Assembly: GCA_016180645.1 (NCBI GenBank)
Contig: JACPAV010000003.1
Span: 248,001-312,000 of the forward strand
Direction: 5' to 3'
DNA length: 64,000 nt
From: Nitrospirota bacterium
GTDB taxonomy: Bacteria; JACPQY01
Positions 44,600 through 53,557 of this stretch are shown here, in pieces. The position numbers and the translations under genes are program-made. The stretch's first letter is position 1. Every line of letters begins with the position of its first letter. Below the pieces are notes generated by a model. It saw only the letters and a list, made by a program, of their open reading frames with translations, was not told where the DNA came from and did no database searches.

Positions 44600-46015
44600 T
44601 CAATGTTTCGTGTCGACAAGATAACCCGATCGGCCCGAGCACCGGTAGCCATTTTTGTCTTTGTGGGGGTTTAGACGTCCGTTATTCTTCGTTCGACTGA
44701 ACTTCTTCCCGCAGTAGGAACATTCAAACACGTAGGTGGGTCTCCCCCGTCCCCGTGCACTCGAAGACCGAATTCGAGCGCCTGAGCCGCTGCCCTCTGT
44801 GGACCGTTGGGCCGTCGGAGGCGTGAGGAAGGGACCGGAAGCGGTCAGCTCAACCGCATACCTGGGCACGAACGGAATTTGCGTCACGGTTGCTCCCTGA
44901 ATCCGATCCACGCGATAGGATCTGGATTCTCCTGTTTGGTGCTTGACAGCGTAGAGAAGGAAACGACCGTCCTTGGTTCGCCGCAACGAATAAGGCTCGA
45001 TGAGCCGTCGGCTGCCTTGGTATCCAAGCTCTACGCAGAGCCGGTTCGCTGCTGCGAAACGAATCGTCTCAAGCGGAACCGGTGAGTGCCAAGCCTGTGC
45101 CATGGCGGGCGGGCGCCATGGCTCGTCAATCTCGGTGACGGTGATCGGGAACGCAGGCAGTTCCTTCTTCTGTGCGCTGCCTTGCATCCATTCGAGAACC
45201 CCGGGCAGTTCCTGCCAAAACTGCTCGAAGGGCGGGAGGGTTGGCAACTGGTGTTTGAGCATGCTTTCCCAATCCGCTTGCAACTCCCGGAGGCCGGGGT
45301 GATTCGTGAGATCCACCATTGTCGGAACGGAGAAACCTTTGAAGGCGCACTTCTTCTCAAGGGCATCCATCAGGAGGTGACGGTCCGGCGCGGCTCCATT
45401 GTACCGATGCAGGTGGATGACATCGTAGAGGTCTCGCGGCCTCAGCCGATCCCTCAGCGCCCGCAACTTCTCCGCGAATACCTCCTCGAATCGATAGCAG
45501 AGTATTTCGATTCCGCCGCCCGGTCCGTCCGAATACGGATGGTGCACGGGACGCTTCGCCGCCTCCAGCACGACCACTTCATCGGCCGTCAAATCGAGCC
45601 TGATCCGCGGCAGATCGCCGCGCATCCCCAAGGGGCCTCTGAATCCGAGCCGCCCTTGTGCCGACTGACCGCCCCTGGGATTCGTGTAGATATCGAAGCG
45701 GTGCGCATCGGCAGGCAGCTCTATGCCGGTCGCCTCATAAGTCCATGTAGCGACTTCGGCAAACGTTTTCGAAAGGAATTCCTCCTTCAGGTGATCCGGA
45801 TCTCTCAAGGTGAAATCCAGGTCTTCCGAGAAACGGTACGTCTCGAAAAAGCATTTCTTGAGACATGTGCCTCCCTTGAAGATCCAGCTTGAGCCAAGTG
45901 CATGGTGGTGCGCGATGCCCGCCAATAACCAACCCAGGACATAGTCCTTCTCAACGATGTTCGGGGCGAGCCCGAATTCTCTCGCGAGGTCCATGATTTC
46001 TTGCTTGTCGATCAC
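44600..46015 (-). CDS. AbiEii-family nucleotidyltransferase toxin fused to a WYL domain and C-terminal Zn finger
   Basis: EKDY, FKGGTCLKK, RFSEDLDF, AEKLRA, PRDLYD; then Y....RLIEPYSL...LLYA...RSYRVDRI (WYL); CSYC-x15-H-x7-C; GTGA overlap with AbiEi. Confidence 0.85.
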   Translation of the reverse strand: MIDKQEIMDLAREFGLAPNIVEKDYVLGWLLAGIAHHHALGSSWIFKGGTCLKKCFFETYRFSEDLDFTLRDPDHLKEEFLSKTFAEVATWTYEATGIELPADAHRFDIYTNPRGGQSAQGRLGFRGPLGMRGDLPRIRLDLTADEVVVLEAAKRPVHHPYSDGPGGGIEILCYRFEEVFAEKLRALRDRLRPRDLYDVIHLHRYNGAAPDRHLLMDALEKKCAFKGFSVPTMVDLTNHPGLRELQADWESMLKHQLPTLPPFEQFWQELPGVLEWMQGSAQKKELPAFPITVTEIDEPWRPPAMAQAWHSPVPLETIRFAAANRLCVELGYQGSRRLIEPYSLRRTKDGRFLLYAVKHQTGESRSYRVDRIQGATVTQIPFVPRYAVELTASGPFLTPPTAQRSTEGSGSGARIRSSSARGRGRPTYVFECSYCGKKFSRTKNNGRLNPHKDKNGYRCSGRSGYLVDTKH

Positions 46016-46851
46016 TCCGGTTTTTCCCTTGGCCAACTTTCAGGCACCCACAGACGCCATCTGGTGATGAGCCGTTTGCCCCGAACCGCCGGGTCAAGTT
46101 GGGCGTTGCCCGTGGGCATCTTCGCCCTGCACATCTTGAGGGATTCCTTTTCGTCGGGCGCGTACCGCTCCAACAGGTAGCCGAGGCGTTTGAACACCGC
46201 ACCGTTACCGAGTCGAATCGCGTAATCAATGATCCGGTTCATGTCCCTGCTCCTTAATCTCAGGTAGCTTGAGAACATGTCCGCCATGGAGCGAATTCCG
46301 CCTCCGACCTTGGGATCATCCAGCATGTCGAGAATCGTCCGCGCTTCATCTGATACGAACACCTTGACTTGCCCCCGCCAAACCGGCTTCAGCCCGAAGA
46401 GGACACCTTCAGGCACAGTCTTCAGCAGAAATGGTGTGCCTTTCAGCACCGGATTTCGTATTCGCGGACGTCGGGTTGTCATGACGACGACCGCCCGGAA
46501 AATCTGTTCCGTCAGCCCCCAATGGGCTGCCGCGCTCCACCCGCCGATGTAGCAAGGAGAATAGAGTTTCTCGGCGATCAGCCAAGGATCTTCGAGGGGA
46601 ACATCGGCCGTCCTGGATTCGAGCGGTACGGGGACATAGAGCCCACGGCGAACCCGCGAGAGCCACCCCTTCTTGGCCCAGCGGGACAGCAGCTTCGCCG
46701 CTGCGGTCGAACTGAATCCAAGCGCTCGGCTGGCCTCTTTTAGAGACACAGCTCCCTTGGAGGTCCGGAGGACCTCGGCTAGTCTTTGCCTATCGAGCCT
46801 CCCGAGTCCACCCACTTCACCCTTGGCCAGTGCAGTATATCCTAAGCGCAT
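46012..46851 (-). CDS. AbiEi-family type IV antitoxin / transcriptional regulator
   Basis: wHTH with KGWL.RVRRGLY; YIGGWSAA.HWGLTEQI; SD..RTILD; KRLGYLLE. Confidence 0.88.
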   Translation of the reverse strand: MRLGYTALAKGEVGGLGRLDRQRLAEVLRTSKGAVSLKEASRALGFSSTAAAKLLSRWAKKGWLSRVRRGLYVPVPLESRTADVPLEDPWLIAEKLYSPCYIGGWSAAAHWGLTEQIFRAVVVMTTRRPRIRNPVLKGTPFLLKTVPEGVLFGLKPVWRGQVKVFVSDEARTILDMLDDPKVGGGIRSMADMFSSYLRLRSRDMNRIIDYAIRLGNGAVFKRLGYLLERYAPDEKESLKMCRAKMPTGNAQLDPAVRGKRLITRWRLWVPESWPREKPE

Positions 46852-46896
46852 TTATTCATACTAGAGGTGAATAGCTGCTCTGTCAATATACTCACT
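46829..46896 (-). promoter_or_regulatory. abiE promoter with candidate operator inverted repeats
   Basis: TTGACA-17-TAGTAT (46886-46858); TATTCA-n9-TGAATA across the -10; outer IR agtgcagtatat / atatact-cact. Confidence 0.65.
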
Positions 46897-47010
46897 TTTT
46901 CCGCCTATCCGTTGGCAGCGAGAATGGGGAGCGACCTCAAACGAGTTTTGGTGGCTGCTGCCTGCCCGGTTCTTCGGAGAGCGTCTGATTGTCGATGACG
47001 TACGGGATAT

Positions 47011-48762
47011 TCATTGGAAAATGAATAGGGCGATCACGCCGCGCGCTATTGAATCACTATCCTCAATTTGGCGATCGAAGCTCAGCATCTCCGAGACGAA
47101 TTTGCTCATCCCCTGAATGTCATAATGCTCGCCACGCGCGGCCAAAGTATTGAATATGTAGCTCACCCCTGCCCGAGTCGAATTGTCGGCCCAGCTCAAT
47201 TCTCTACTCTCAAGAGCAAATCCGCCGAACACGAAAATGTGCTTCATTGTGTAGTCGAGCATTGTGGGGAAGGCTTCGTCTTGAAGAAGCTGCGGCCGTG
47301 AATGCAATAGCTGGTACAAGTCAGTGGCCAGCCAACGCGCGAGTTGGCCAGCTTGCCGGGAGCAGGAAGGAACAGCCTCGCTCGGAAGCCGGTCGATACA
47401 TTCCCGCACGGCTTCGCGCATCAGACCCGTAAGGAAGCTGGTGATTTCAAACGGTTTGAGCACGAGTATGCGCATCCATAACTCAATCAGCGCACCAAGC
47501 GAAACGAGGGCGTAGGCTGGCTGGTCTCTACGCTTTTCGAGGGCGAGGTCCAATAGCCTGTTCCCTGTCCACATTGCGCTTCGAAACGCCTCTGGGTTTC
47601 CGGAACGATGCAACCGACGTCTCAAGCTCGCGAAGCGTTTGGCTACACCATCTGGACTCTCCACCAACATCGCAACTGTCATGATTTGCCCGAAGCTCGT
47701 GACGAATAGATCCGTAATGCCCGCATAAGTGGAAGCGATCCACCGTTCCAAAAAGCTGTCAATGTCGTCGTGGAGGTAGTGGATTGCCGATACCGCCTCC
47801 TTCAGATCATCCTCGTTTTGAGGTCGCACAGGTATCAATTGGCGCAGCCTCTCAGCGAGGTGGATCATGGTTATTCCAACCTGATTCGGTATGCGCTCGT
47901 GCGCAAGGGCACGACCCGCCTCCGCAAGCGCGAAAACACGTTTGGATGCGATGCCGATTTGGTCCGGCCTCTTCATCATCTGAGCCAGCTTCTTCCCGAT
48001 CAATCCAATACATTCCGAGAAACTGATCAGGTAGCGCATTTGGACGAAAAAGAACGCACGTTCTTCCAGCCATGCTGCCGCAGCCATCGGATCTTCATCG
48101 CACTCGAAAAGCTTGGCATTACAACCAAAGCCCAAAAGACCCATTGCCGTGGACCACATCTCGTGTTCTTCGCTTTGAATGTGAATCTGGATGAGTACCT
48201 CGATGTATATGTTGACGGCAACTCGGTCTCGCACTCCTTCCCATGTACGCGTCTCAAGTTCTCTCAGACCCACCGTAAAACACTCGTCTACCAGCGCCTC
48301 CTCCGATTGCCGAATCCAAAATGATAGCTGTTGGTAGAGGGCGTCGGTGTCGGGATGGAGCAACAGTTTTCGACGGTTTTCCGCGGGCGGTAATCGAACC
48401 TCCAAGACCCGCCTCCATGCTCGCCGCATTATTTCGTGTGGTGTAACCATTCGGATCATGGCCCATAAACAGCCCGCGAAACAGCCCGCGTAGACAACAC
48501 CCGCGAGGAGGACTGAGTCGATCATGTCCTGAGGAAACCATCCTAAGAATAGGCCGCTGCTTAGAACGATCGGCGATGCTGAGAACACGGCAAGGGTGAT
48601 CAGCAGCCATTTTCCTTGTCTTGCCCAAAAGTCCCTATCGGCGAGAATCCTGATGCTATCGAGGCGTCCTCCCCATACAAGCTGAAGGATTGCGACGGCA
48701 AGGCCGCCAAATGTTGCAAGTGCCAGGCCGAGATATCGTAGGGCCTCCGCAGGATTATCCAT
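47011..48762 (-). CDS. Hypothetical membrane protein: about 3 N-terminal TMs (DUF2254-like) and a long helical cytosolic domain
   Basis: 583-aa ORF with hydrophobic N-terminus; visibly AT-richer than flanking housekeeping genes. Confidence 0.6.
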   Translation of the reverse strand: MDNPAEALRYLGLALATFGGLAVAILQLVWGGRLDSIRILADRDFWARQGKWLLITLAVFSASPIVLSSGLFLGWFPQDMIDSVLLAGVVYAGCFAGCLWAMIRMVTPHEIMRRAWRRVLEVRLPPAENRRKLLLHPDTDALYQQLSFWIRQSEEALVDECFTVGLRELETRTWEGVRDRVAVNIYIEVLIQIHIQSEEHEMWSTAMGLLGFGCNAKLFECDEDPMAAAAWLEERAFFFVQMRYLISFSECIGLIGKKLAQMMKRPDQIGIASKRVFALAEAGRALAHERIPNQVGITMIHLAERLRQLIPVRPQNEDDLKEAVSAIHYLHDDIDSFLERWIASTYAGITDLFVTSFGQIMTVAMLVESPDGVAKRFASLRRRLHRSGNPEAFRSAMWTGNRLLDLALEKRRDQPAYALVSLGALIELWMRILVLKPFEITSFLTGLMREAVRECIDRLPSEAVPSCSRQAGQLARWLATDLYQLLHSRPQLLQDEAFPTMLDYTMKHIFVFGGFALESRELSWADNSTRAGVSYIFNTLAARGEHYDIQGMSKFVSEMLSFDRQIEDSDSIARGVIALFIFQ

Positions 48763-48822
48763 GACCCCGCATTCTCAAGACCGTATTCGAAATCCTACCA
48801 TGCTCGGTGTGTACACTTGCCT

Positions 48823-51800
48823 TCACTTTGATCCTTCCACGATGGCGATTTCGCCATCGGTGAGGCCGTAGAGGCGACAAACAGTCCGATCAATCTCCCT
48901 CTCGATTTCCTTCGCATCTCGCTTCTTTTCGGATACTTCGGCTACCAGCCCTGCCAACCTTTCGCGGTCCCGCTCTGGGAAGGCAGGAATCGGTATTTCA
49001 CCAACGTATGTGGATCGCAGTTCGTAAGCCCCGCCTTCGAGCTTGGCGGCGACCTTGTCGAGGAACCACCACGCAACTCGCGAATTAAGGACCGCCAGAA
49101 GGGTCAAATCCCCGGAAGGTACGATCCAGGTCTTGTCGTTGGACAGGAAGGGCTTCGACGTGAAAGCGAATTGCTGATAGGTTGCGATGACTTGGTATCG
49201 AATCGTCGGCCTCCCGAATTCGGCGTAGTAGTCGATGCTGTCCTGGATTTCGTACCATTTGTATGAACCCGGCTTTCTGCCGCCCGGCACCCCAGGCGTA
49301 AGGCGTTTCTTGAACGGGAGAAGGTGCTCCTTGACTGCCGGGTAGCTGTTGATGTCAATCCCGCGCCTCGTAAAGATCAAGTACAACCCCGCCCATTCGA
49401 CGCGCCAGCGTTTGATGTCACGGCCCCGCAGGAAAGGCTTGATGATCTGATCGCTCTTGGGATCCGCGGCAATCAACTTCTGACGCTTCGCCCCGTCGAT
49501 CACGAACGCCTCGTTGTAGCCGGTCTTGATGCCATAGTAGAATTTGTCCCCGATCACCTCCCGCAACGGCCTCCCGCCCGCCCGAATCTTCTCCAAGAGT
49601 TTCAGCACTTCCGGCCTCTGGAGGGTCCATCCCTCGTCACGAAGAGTCCGAATGAGGATGGGCACCCCCCGCGTCTCGACCGTTTCCTTCACGTTTTCGG
49701 CCTCTCCCATCGTTTCCACGGAAAGCGTTTTCACTTGATGGCCTTCCACTGGATTTTCTTTCTGGGCGATTAGAACCAATGGGTACGCCGTCGCCTCCGG
49801 GAAGAGCGGCAGATCCCGGAAATCGATGATCTTTTCGACGGACTGCTTCTTCAGATATTTTCGCAAAGCTTCTCCGTAGCCGGCCCTCAAATACTTGTTG
49901 GAGGTGATCATTCCAAACCGCCCTCCCACCCGGCACAGGCCAAGACCCCGAGAGTAGAAATACACATAGACGTCCGCAACTCCGGAGTAAACATCCTTGT
50001 AGCAGACTTCATAAAACGGTTTGTCCTGTCCCAGCCCTTCCTGCCGGACGTACGGTGGATTTCCGACTACGGCGTCGAATCCGGCGCCTTCCAAACGCTC
50101 GATGGTCTGCTGGGTCCCCGGGCGCGGGCCATAGAAGACCTCCGGGAACTCGATCTCCCAATGGAAGAACCGCTTTTCCTCAGAGGCCCGCAACGCAGCC
50201 TCCAGGAGTTTCTTGTTTTCAGGGGACAGCTTCGCCTTGTCGGGCTTCAGGGACCACTCCGGCGCCGTCCGGTCCCGAAGGAACTCCTCGACTCGATTGT
50301 GAACGACCTTCTTCTTTCCCTTTCCTGACGCAACCGGTTCATTCCCGAACCACTGGCTCGCGTACGCGTCGAACAACCTCTTGAAGGGCGCAAGATACTC
50401 TACGGCCAGATTGTATTGCTTACGAGACTCTCGCGTCTGAGCGGATGTGACATCCGGCAGCGCACCCACTTGAATCATGGCCCCGGCAGCGGCCTTGACG
50501 CCTGCGAACTGGGTGCCGCCCAGCAGATTCAACTGGCCCTTCTGGACGTCCTGGAGGTCTTTTTCAGAAACACCGATCAGCGAGTTCCCGCAACGGAGGT
50601 GATGGTCCAGGAACGACAGCGGAGCGCCAAGCGTGAAACAGTCGAGCCAGAGGGAAACCTTGGCCAATTCGACCGCCATGGGGTTGAGGTCCACTCCGTA
50701 AATGCACCGTTTCAGGACGTGCCGTTTCAGCAGATTCACGTCCGTAAGCCGCCCCCGGTCGATCGAGATGCCCCGTTCATCCATCTCGGAAAAGATCGTA
50801 TTGCGCATCCGCTCCAGATAGGCGGCGACGGGATTCCACGGGAAGGCATTCAGAAAATCGAGTGTTTTGTCCGTGATGAAGTCCACGGCCTCCACAAGGA
50901 AATGTCCGGAGCCCATCGCGGGGTCGAGTACCTTGATATTGAAAAGCTCGTCCACCAGTTCTTGCCCAACGAGATCTGCCTTGCTCGCCGGCTCAGGCTT
51001 GATGCCTTGCTTCCCCAGGGCCTCCTGTTTCTTAAAGAAGGCTTGTCGCGCCTGCTGGGCTTCGCGGAGTTTCGGCCGCATGGCCTCGAATTTCTCCTTG
51101 AAAACGGGACCGATGGCGTGTTCGACGATGTATTTCACGATGTAGTCCGGCGTGTAGTAGGACCCCGTAGCCTTCCGTTCCCGTTTGTTATTCTCAAGGT
51201 AGGACTGCCCCTTCCTGACAATGCGTTCCTGTTTCTCGGCCTTCTCCTTCGCGTTGGCATCCAGTTCCTCGAAGGGAACATAGAATTCCCGGTTCTTTTC
51301 TTTGACGATCGCGAGTTTCTCGCCGGCAATCCGAAGCTTGAATTCCAGCAGACCCTCATAAATCGAACCGAGTTGGCGGACGCCGAGCGACTTGTAGTCG
51401 ATGAATACAAGCTCAAGCAGCTTCGGATCGGCATCCCTCGACAGGCGGTCCAGCGCGGGGGCGAGGAACGCATCCGCCACTTTGGCGGTGTTGAGGAATC
51501 GTGCGGACTGGGCTTCCGGCGTTTCGTCGTCCTTGTCGGGCTTCGTCAGGAACAGGCCGCCGTTGTACATCGGGACATTCATTGCGGGTTCGCCCTCGTC
51601 CACGACCCTGAACAATCTCAGCAGACGATCGTACAGACCATAGGAATCCTGCCTGAAGGCTTTTCCCAGGTTCTTCGCGGATTCGTCCTCAATCTTTCCG
51701 CCTGACTCGGCGATCTCCTTCTTGAGCTTCGTCAGGCTGGATTCGAAGTATCCTCTGACTTCTCTGACCGGCAACAAATCTCTCGCCTCCGCATAGAGAA

Positions 51801-53220
51801 GGAAAAGAATCCGGTACAGAGGCGTGAGCGTCCCCTGAAAAATCCGGTCGAGCGTCTCTTCGGTGAACGCGGACTTGGGGTCGACCTGTTCGCGAATGGA
51901 ATGGATGAATCCGGATGCCAAATGCGGAAAGACATCCTCAAATACCCGTGTCTTTAGCCGCTCTCCCAGTTCTTTCGCGTACTCCTCGCTTTCGACCACA
52001 AGACGGTCCAGGAGGGATAGGTGAACCTTCTTCCCCTCGCGTTCCATTTCCTGCTTCTCGAATGCGGATCGACGGAAGACCGCCCAGAAATACCTGAACG
52101 AATCCGCGAAATCGCCGGATCGAGGACCCGACTCGGCCAGCACCTCATCGAGGTCGATCTCGTAGTAGTTGGTCGCCCTTGAATGCGTTTTCTGGGAATA
52201 GAGCCGCCAAAGCTTCCCGTTCGTCACGATGACCCACGGCGACTCCCCCTCTTCAAGCAAGCTCACGACGACGGCGCCTGGATTCTCTTCGGGGGTCTCC
52301 TTGTCGCGCCTGTCATCCTTACCGTCCAGCGATCTCGCCCACGGATAGACGAGGCATCCCGCGAGAAGAGTCTTCGGATCGTCTGGAGAATGGAGGCGAT
52401 AGTCCGCCTCTGAAACCGGGCTTCCGGAGCGCTTTCCCTCGGCGCACTTGAAGCCCAGGGCATCCAAGACCGGCACCACAAGCTCCTTCCGTAGAACCGA
52501 CTCGCTCTTATTGACGAACCGGTCGGCCGCACCCTGGTAGAGAGTTCGCAGGCGCAGATAGACCGGTTTCGGATCCTCTTTCCATGCGGAAGACAAGTCG
52601 GGCAGCCGTTTGAGGAGGTAGTAGTCGGAGAAGATCGCACGGTTGTTGAAATGGTCCTCCGACCAGTCCGCGGTGGCGTAGGCTCCGAGGAGCTTGTCGT
52701 ATTGGGCGAAGGCGTCGCTCTCCGTCCACGTGAAGCGTCGGAGGACTCTGAGATGAACCCTCTCGGGCTTTAGCCGATCAACCGTAAGAATCCTTGGGCG
52801 GATGCCCACCTGTTTCTGGCCGATTCCGGCGGGTTCCTGCGTGTCCGGTGGGAGGTATTTTTCCAGGATAACGAAATCGAGCCGTTCATAGTCGCTCGTC
52901 AAAACCAGCAGGTAGTTCCCGGCCCTGTTGCGGAAGGCGCGGGCCAGCGTACGCGTGTGGGAGATATTGACACTTGACAGTTCGAGCAGATACACCTGAA
53001 ACAGACCACCCTCCTGACTTGCGATCAGTTCGATGTTCTTGATCGGCCGTGTGGCTCCCTCCGCGGTAATTCCCAAATTCGCAGCGGTCTGTTTTGTCCG
53101 ACCCGAGGTATCGTAGCCAAGCCTGGTGAAGAGCGCGGCTACTGCATCCGGGGATGATAGCGGCTGAACGTCGTGGTGGGTCAGTTCAAGGTCAAGAACG
53201 AGTTTCGACGCTTCATTCAC
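48823..53220 (-). CDS. Type IIG/Eco57I-like N6-adenine DNA methyltransferase with TaqI-C-like TRD
   Basis: LGSIYEGLL, RKATGSYYTP, motif I VLDPAMGSGHFL, YGVDLNPMAVELAK, motif IV GNPPY, YYGIKTG; start GTG 53220 (or 53256). Confidence 0.9.
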   Translation of the reverse strand: MNEASKLVLDLELTHHDVQPLSSPDAVAALFTRLGYDTSGRTKQTAANLGITAEGATRPIKNIELIASQEGGLFQVYLLELSSVNISHTRTLARAFRNRAGNYLLVLTSDYERLDFVILEKYLPPDTQEPAGIGQKQVGIRPRILTVDRLKPERVHLRVLRRFTWTESDAFAQYDKLLGAYATADWSEDHFNNRAIFSDYYLLKRLPDLSSAWKEDPKPVYLRLRTLYQGAADRFVNKSESVLRKELVVPVLDALGFKCAEGKRSGSPVSEADYRLHSPDDPKTLLAGCLVYPWARSLDGKDDRRDKETPEENPGAVVVSLLEEGESPWVIVTNGKLWRLYSQKTHSRATNYYEIDLDEVLAESGPRSGDFADSFRYFWAVFRRSAFEKQEMEREGKKVHLSLLDRLVVESEEYAKELGERLKTRVFEDVFPHLASGFIHSIREQVDPKSAFTEETLDRIFQGTLTPLYRILFLLYAEARDLLPVREVRGYFESSLTKLKKEIAESGGKIEDESAKNLGKAFRQDSYGLYDRLLRLFRVVDEGEPAMNVPMYNGGLFLTKPDKDDETPEAQSARFLNTAKVADAFLAPALDRLSRDADPKLLELVFIDYKSLGVRQLGSIYEGLLEFKLRIAGEKLAIVKEKNREFYVPFEELDANAKEKAEKQERIVRKGQSYLENNKRERKATGSYYTPDYIVKYIVEHAIGPVFKEKFEAMRPKLREAQQARQAFFKKQEALGKQGIKPEPASKADLVGQELVDELFNIKVLDPAMGSGHFLVEAVDFITDKTLDFLNAFPWNPVAAYLERMRNTIFSEMDERGISIDRGRLTDVNLLKRHVLKRCIYGVDLNPMAVELAKVSLWLDCFTLGAPLSFLDHHLRCGNSLIGVSEKDLQDVQKGQLNLLGGTQFAGVKAAAGAMIQVGALPDVTSAQTRESRKQYNLAVEYLAPFKRLFDAYASQWFGNEPVASGKGKKKVVHNRVEEFLRDRTAPEWSLKPDKAKLSPENKKLLEAALRASEEKRFFHWEIEFPEVFYGPRPGTQQTIERLEGAGFDAVVGNPPYVRQEGLGQDKPFYEVCYKDVYSGVADVYVYFYSRGLGLCRVGGRFGMITSNKYLRAGYGEALRKYLKKQSVEKIIDFRDLPLFPEATAYPLVLIAQKENPVEGHQVKTLSVETMGEAENVKETVETRGVPILIRTLRDEGWTLQRPEVLKLLEKIRAGGRPLREVIGDKFYYGIKTGYNEAFVIDGAKRQKLIAADPKSDQIIKPFLRGRDIKRWRVEWAGLYLIFTRRGIDINSYPAVKEHLLPFKKRLTPGVPGGRKPGSYKWYEIQDSIDYYAEFGRPTIRYQVIATYQQFAFTSKPFLSNDKTWIVPSGDLTLLAVLNSRVAWWFLDKVAAKLEGGAYELRSTYVGEIPIPAFPERDRERLAGLVAEVSEKKRDAKEIEREIDRTVCRLYGLTDGEIAIVEGSK

Positions 53221-53280
53221 GCCTTGAAATATCGGCCAGTTCGACCGCTGGGTCAACTCGCACGGTCAGGAAAGAGAACC

Positions 53281-53308
53281 CCGGCACTCTTACCCCAAGA
53301 AATGCCGG
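53281..53308 (-). terminator. Possible hairpin/terminator between the pil cluster and the island
   Basis: ccggca...tgccgg stem followed by a pyrimidine-rich tract on the minus strand. Confidence 0.3.
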
Positions 53309-53557
53309 TCCTCCGGGGTCCAGTGGGCTACCTGACGATTTCCAGCAAACGCATCACCTTGGATCGCCCCGCTTGGTGGCATCCGGCCGGTCGCGGGACG
53401 GCCAAGCCCTCCTGGCGCCGCCCTGCAAGGTGGTGACGAGAACTGCCATATGCATCACCATCAGAGCCGGGGTCGCCCCATCGAAGATGTTCGGGGCTAG
53501 GTGCCGGCCATCGCCGGTGGGGGGTTGGCAACCCCTCAGGTGGCGATTGTCGGGCGG

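Noticed and set aside
40348-53220. Calling the island DISARM or BREX
   Set aside because: No DrmA/DrmB/standalone DrmC and no PglZ/BrxC/BrxL recognisable
53257-53557. Short ORFs or a possible att site at the island's right edge
   Set aside because: No coherent protein, integrase remnant or convincing direct repeat shared with the left edge (only an 8-bp ggtcgccc match)
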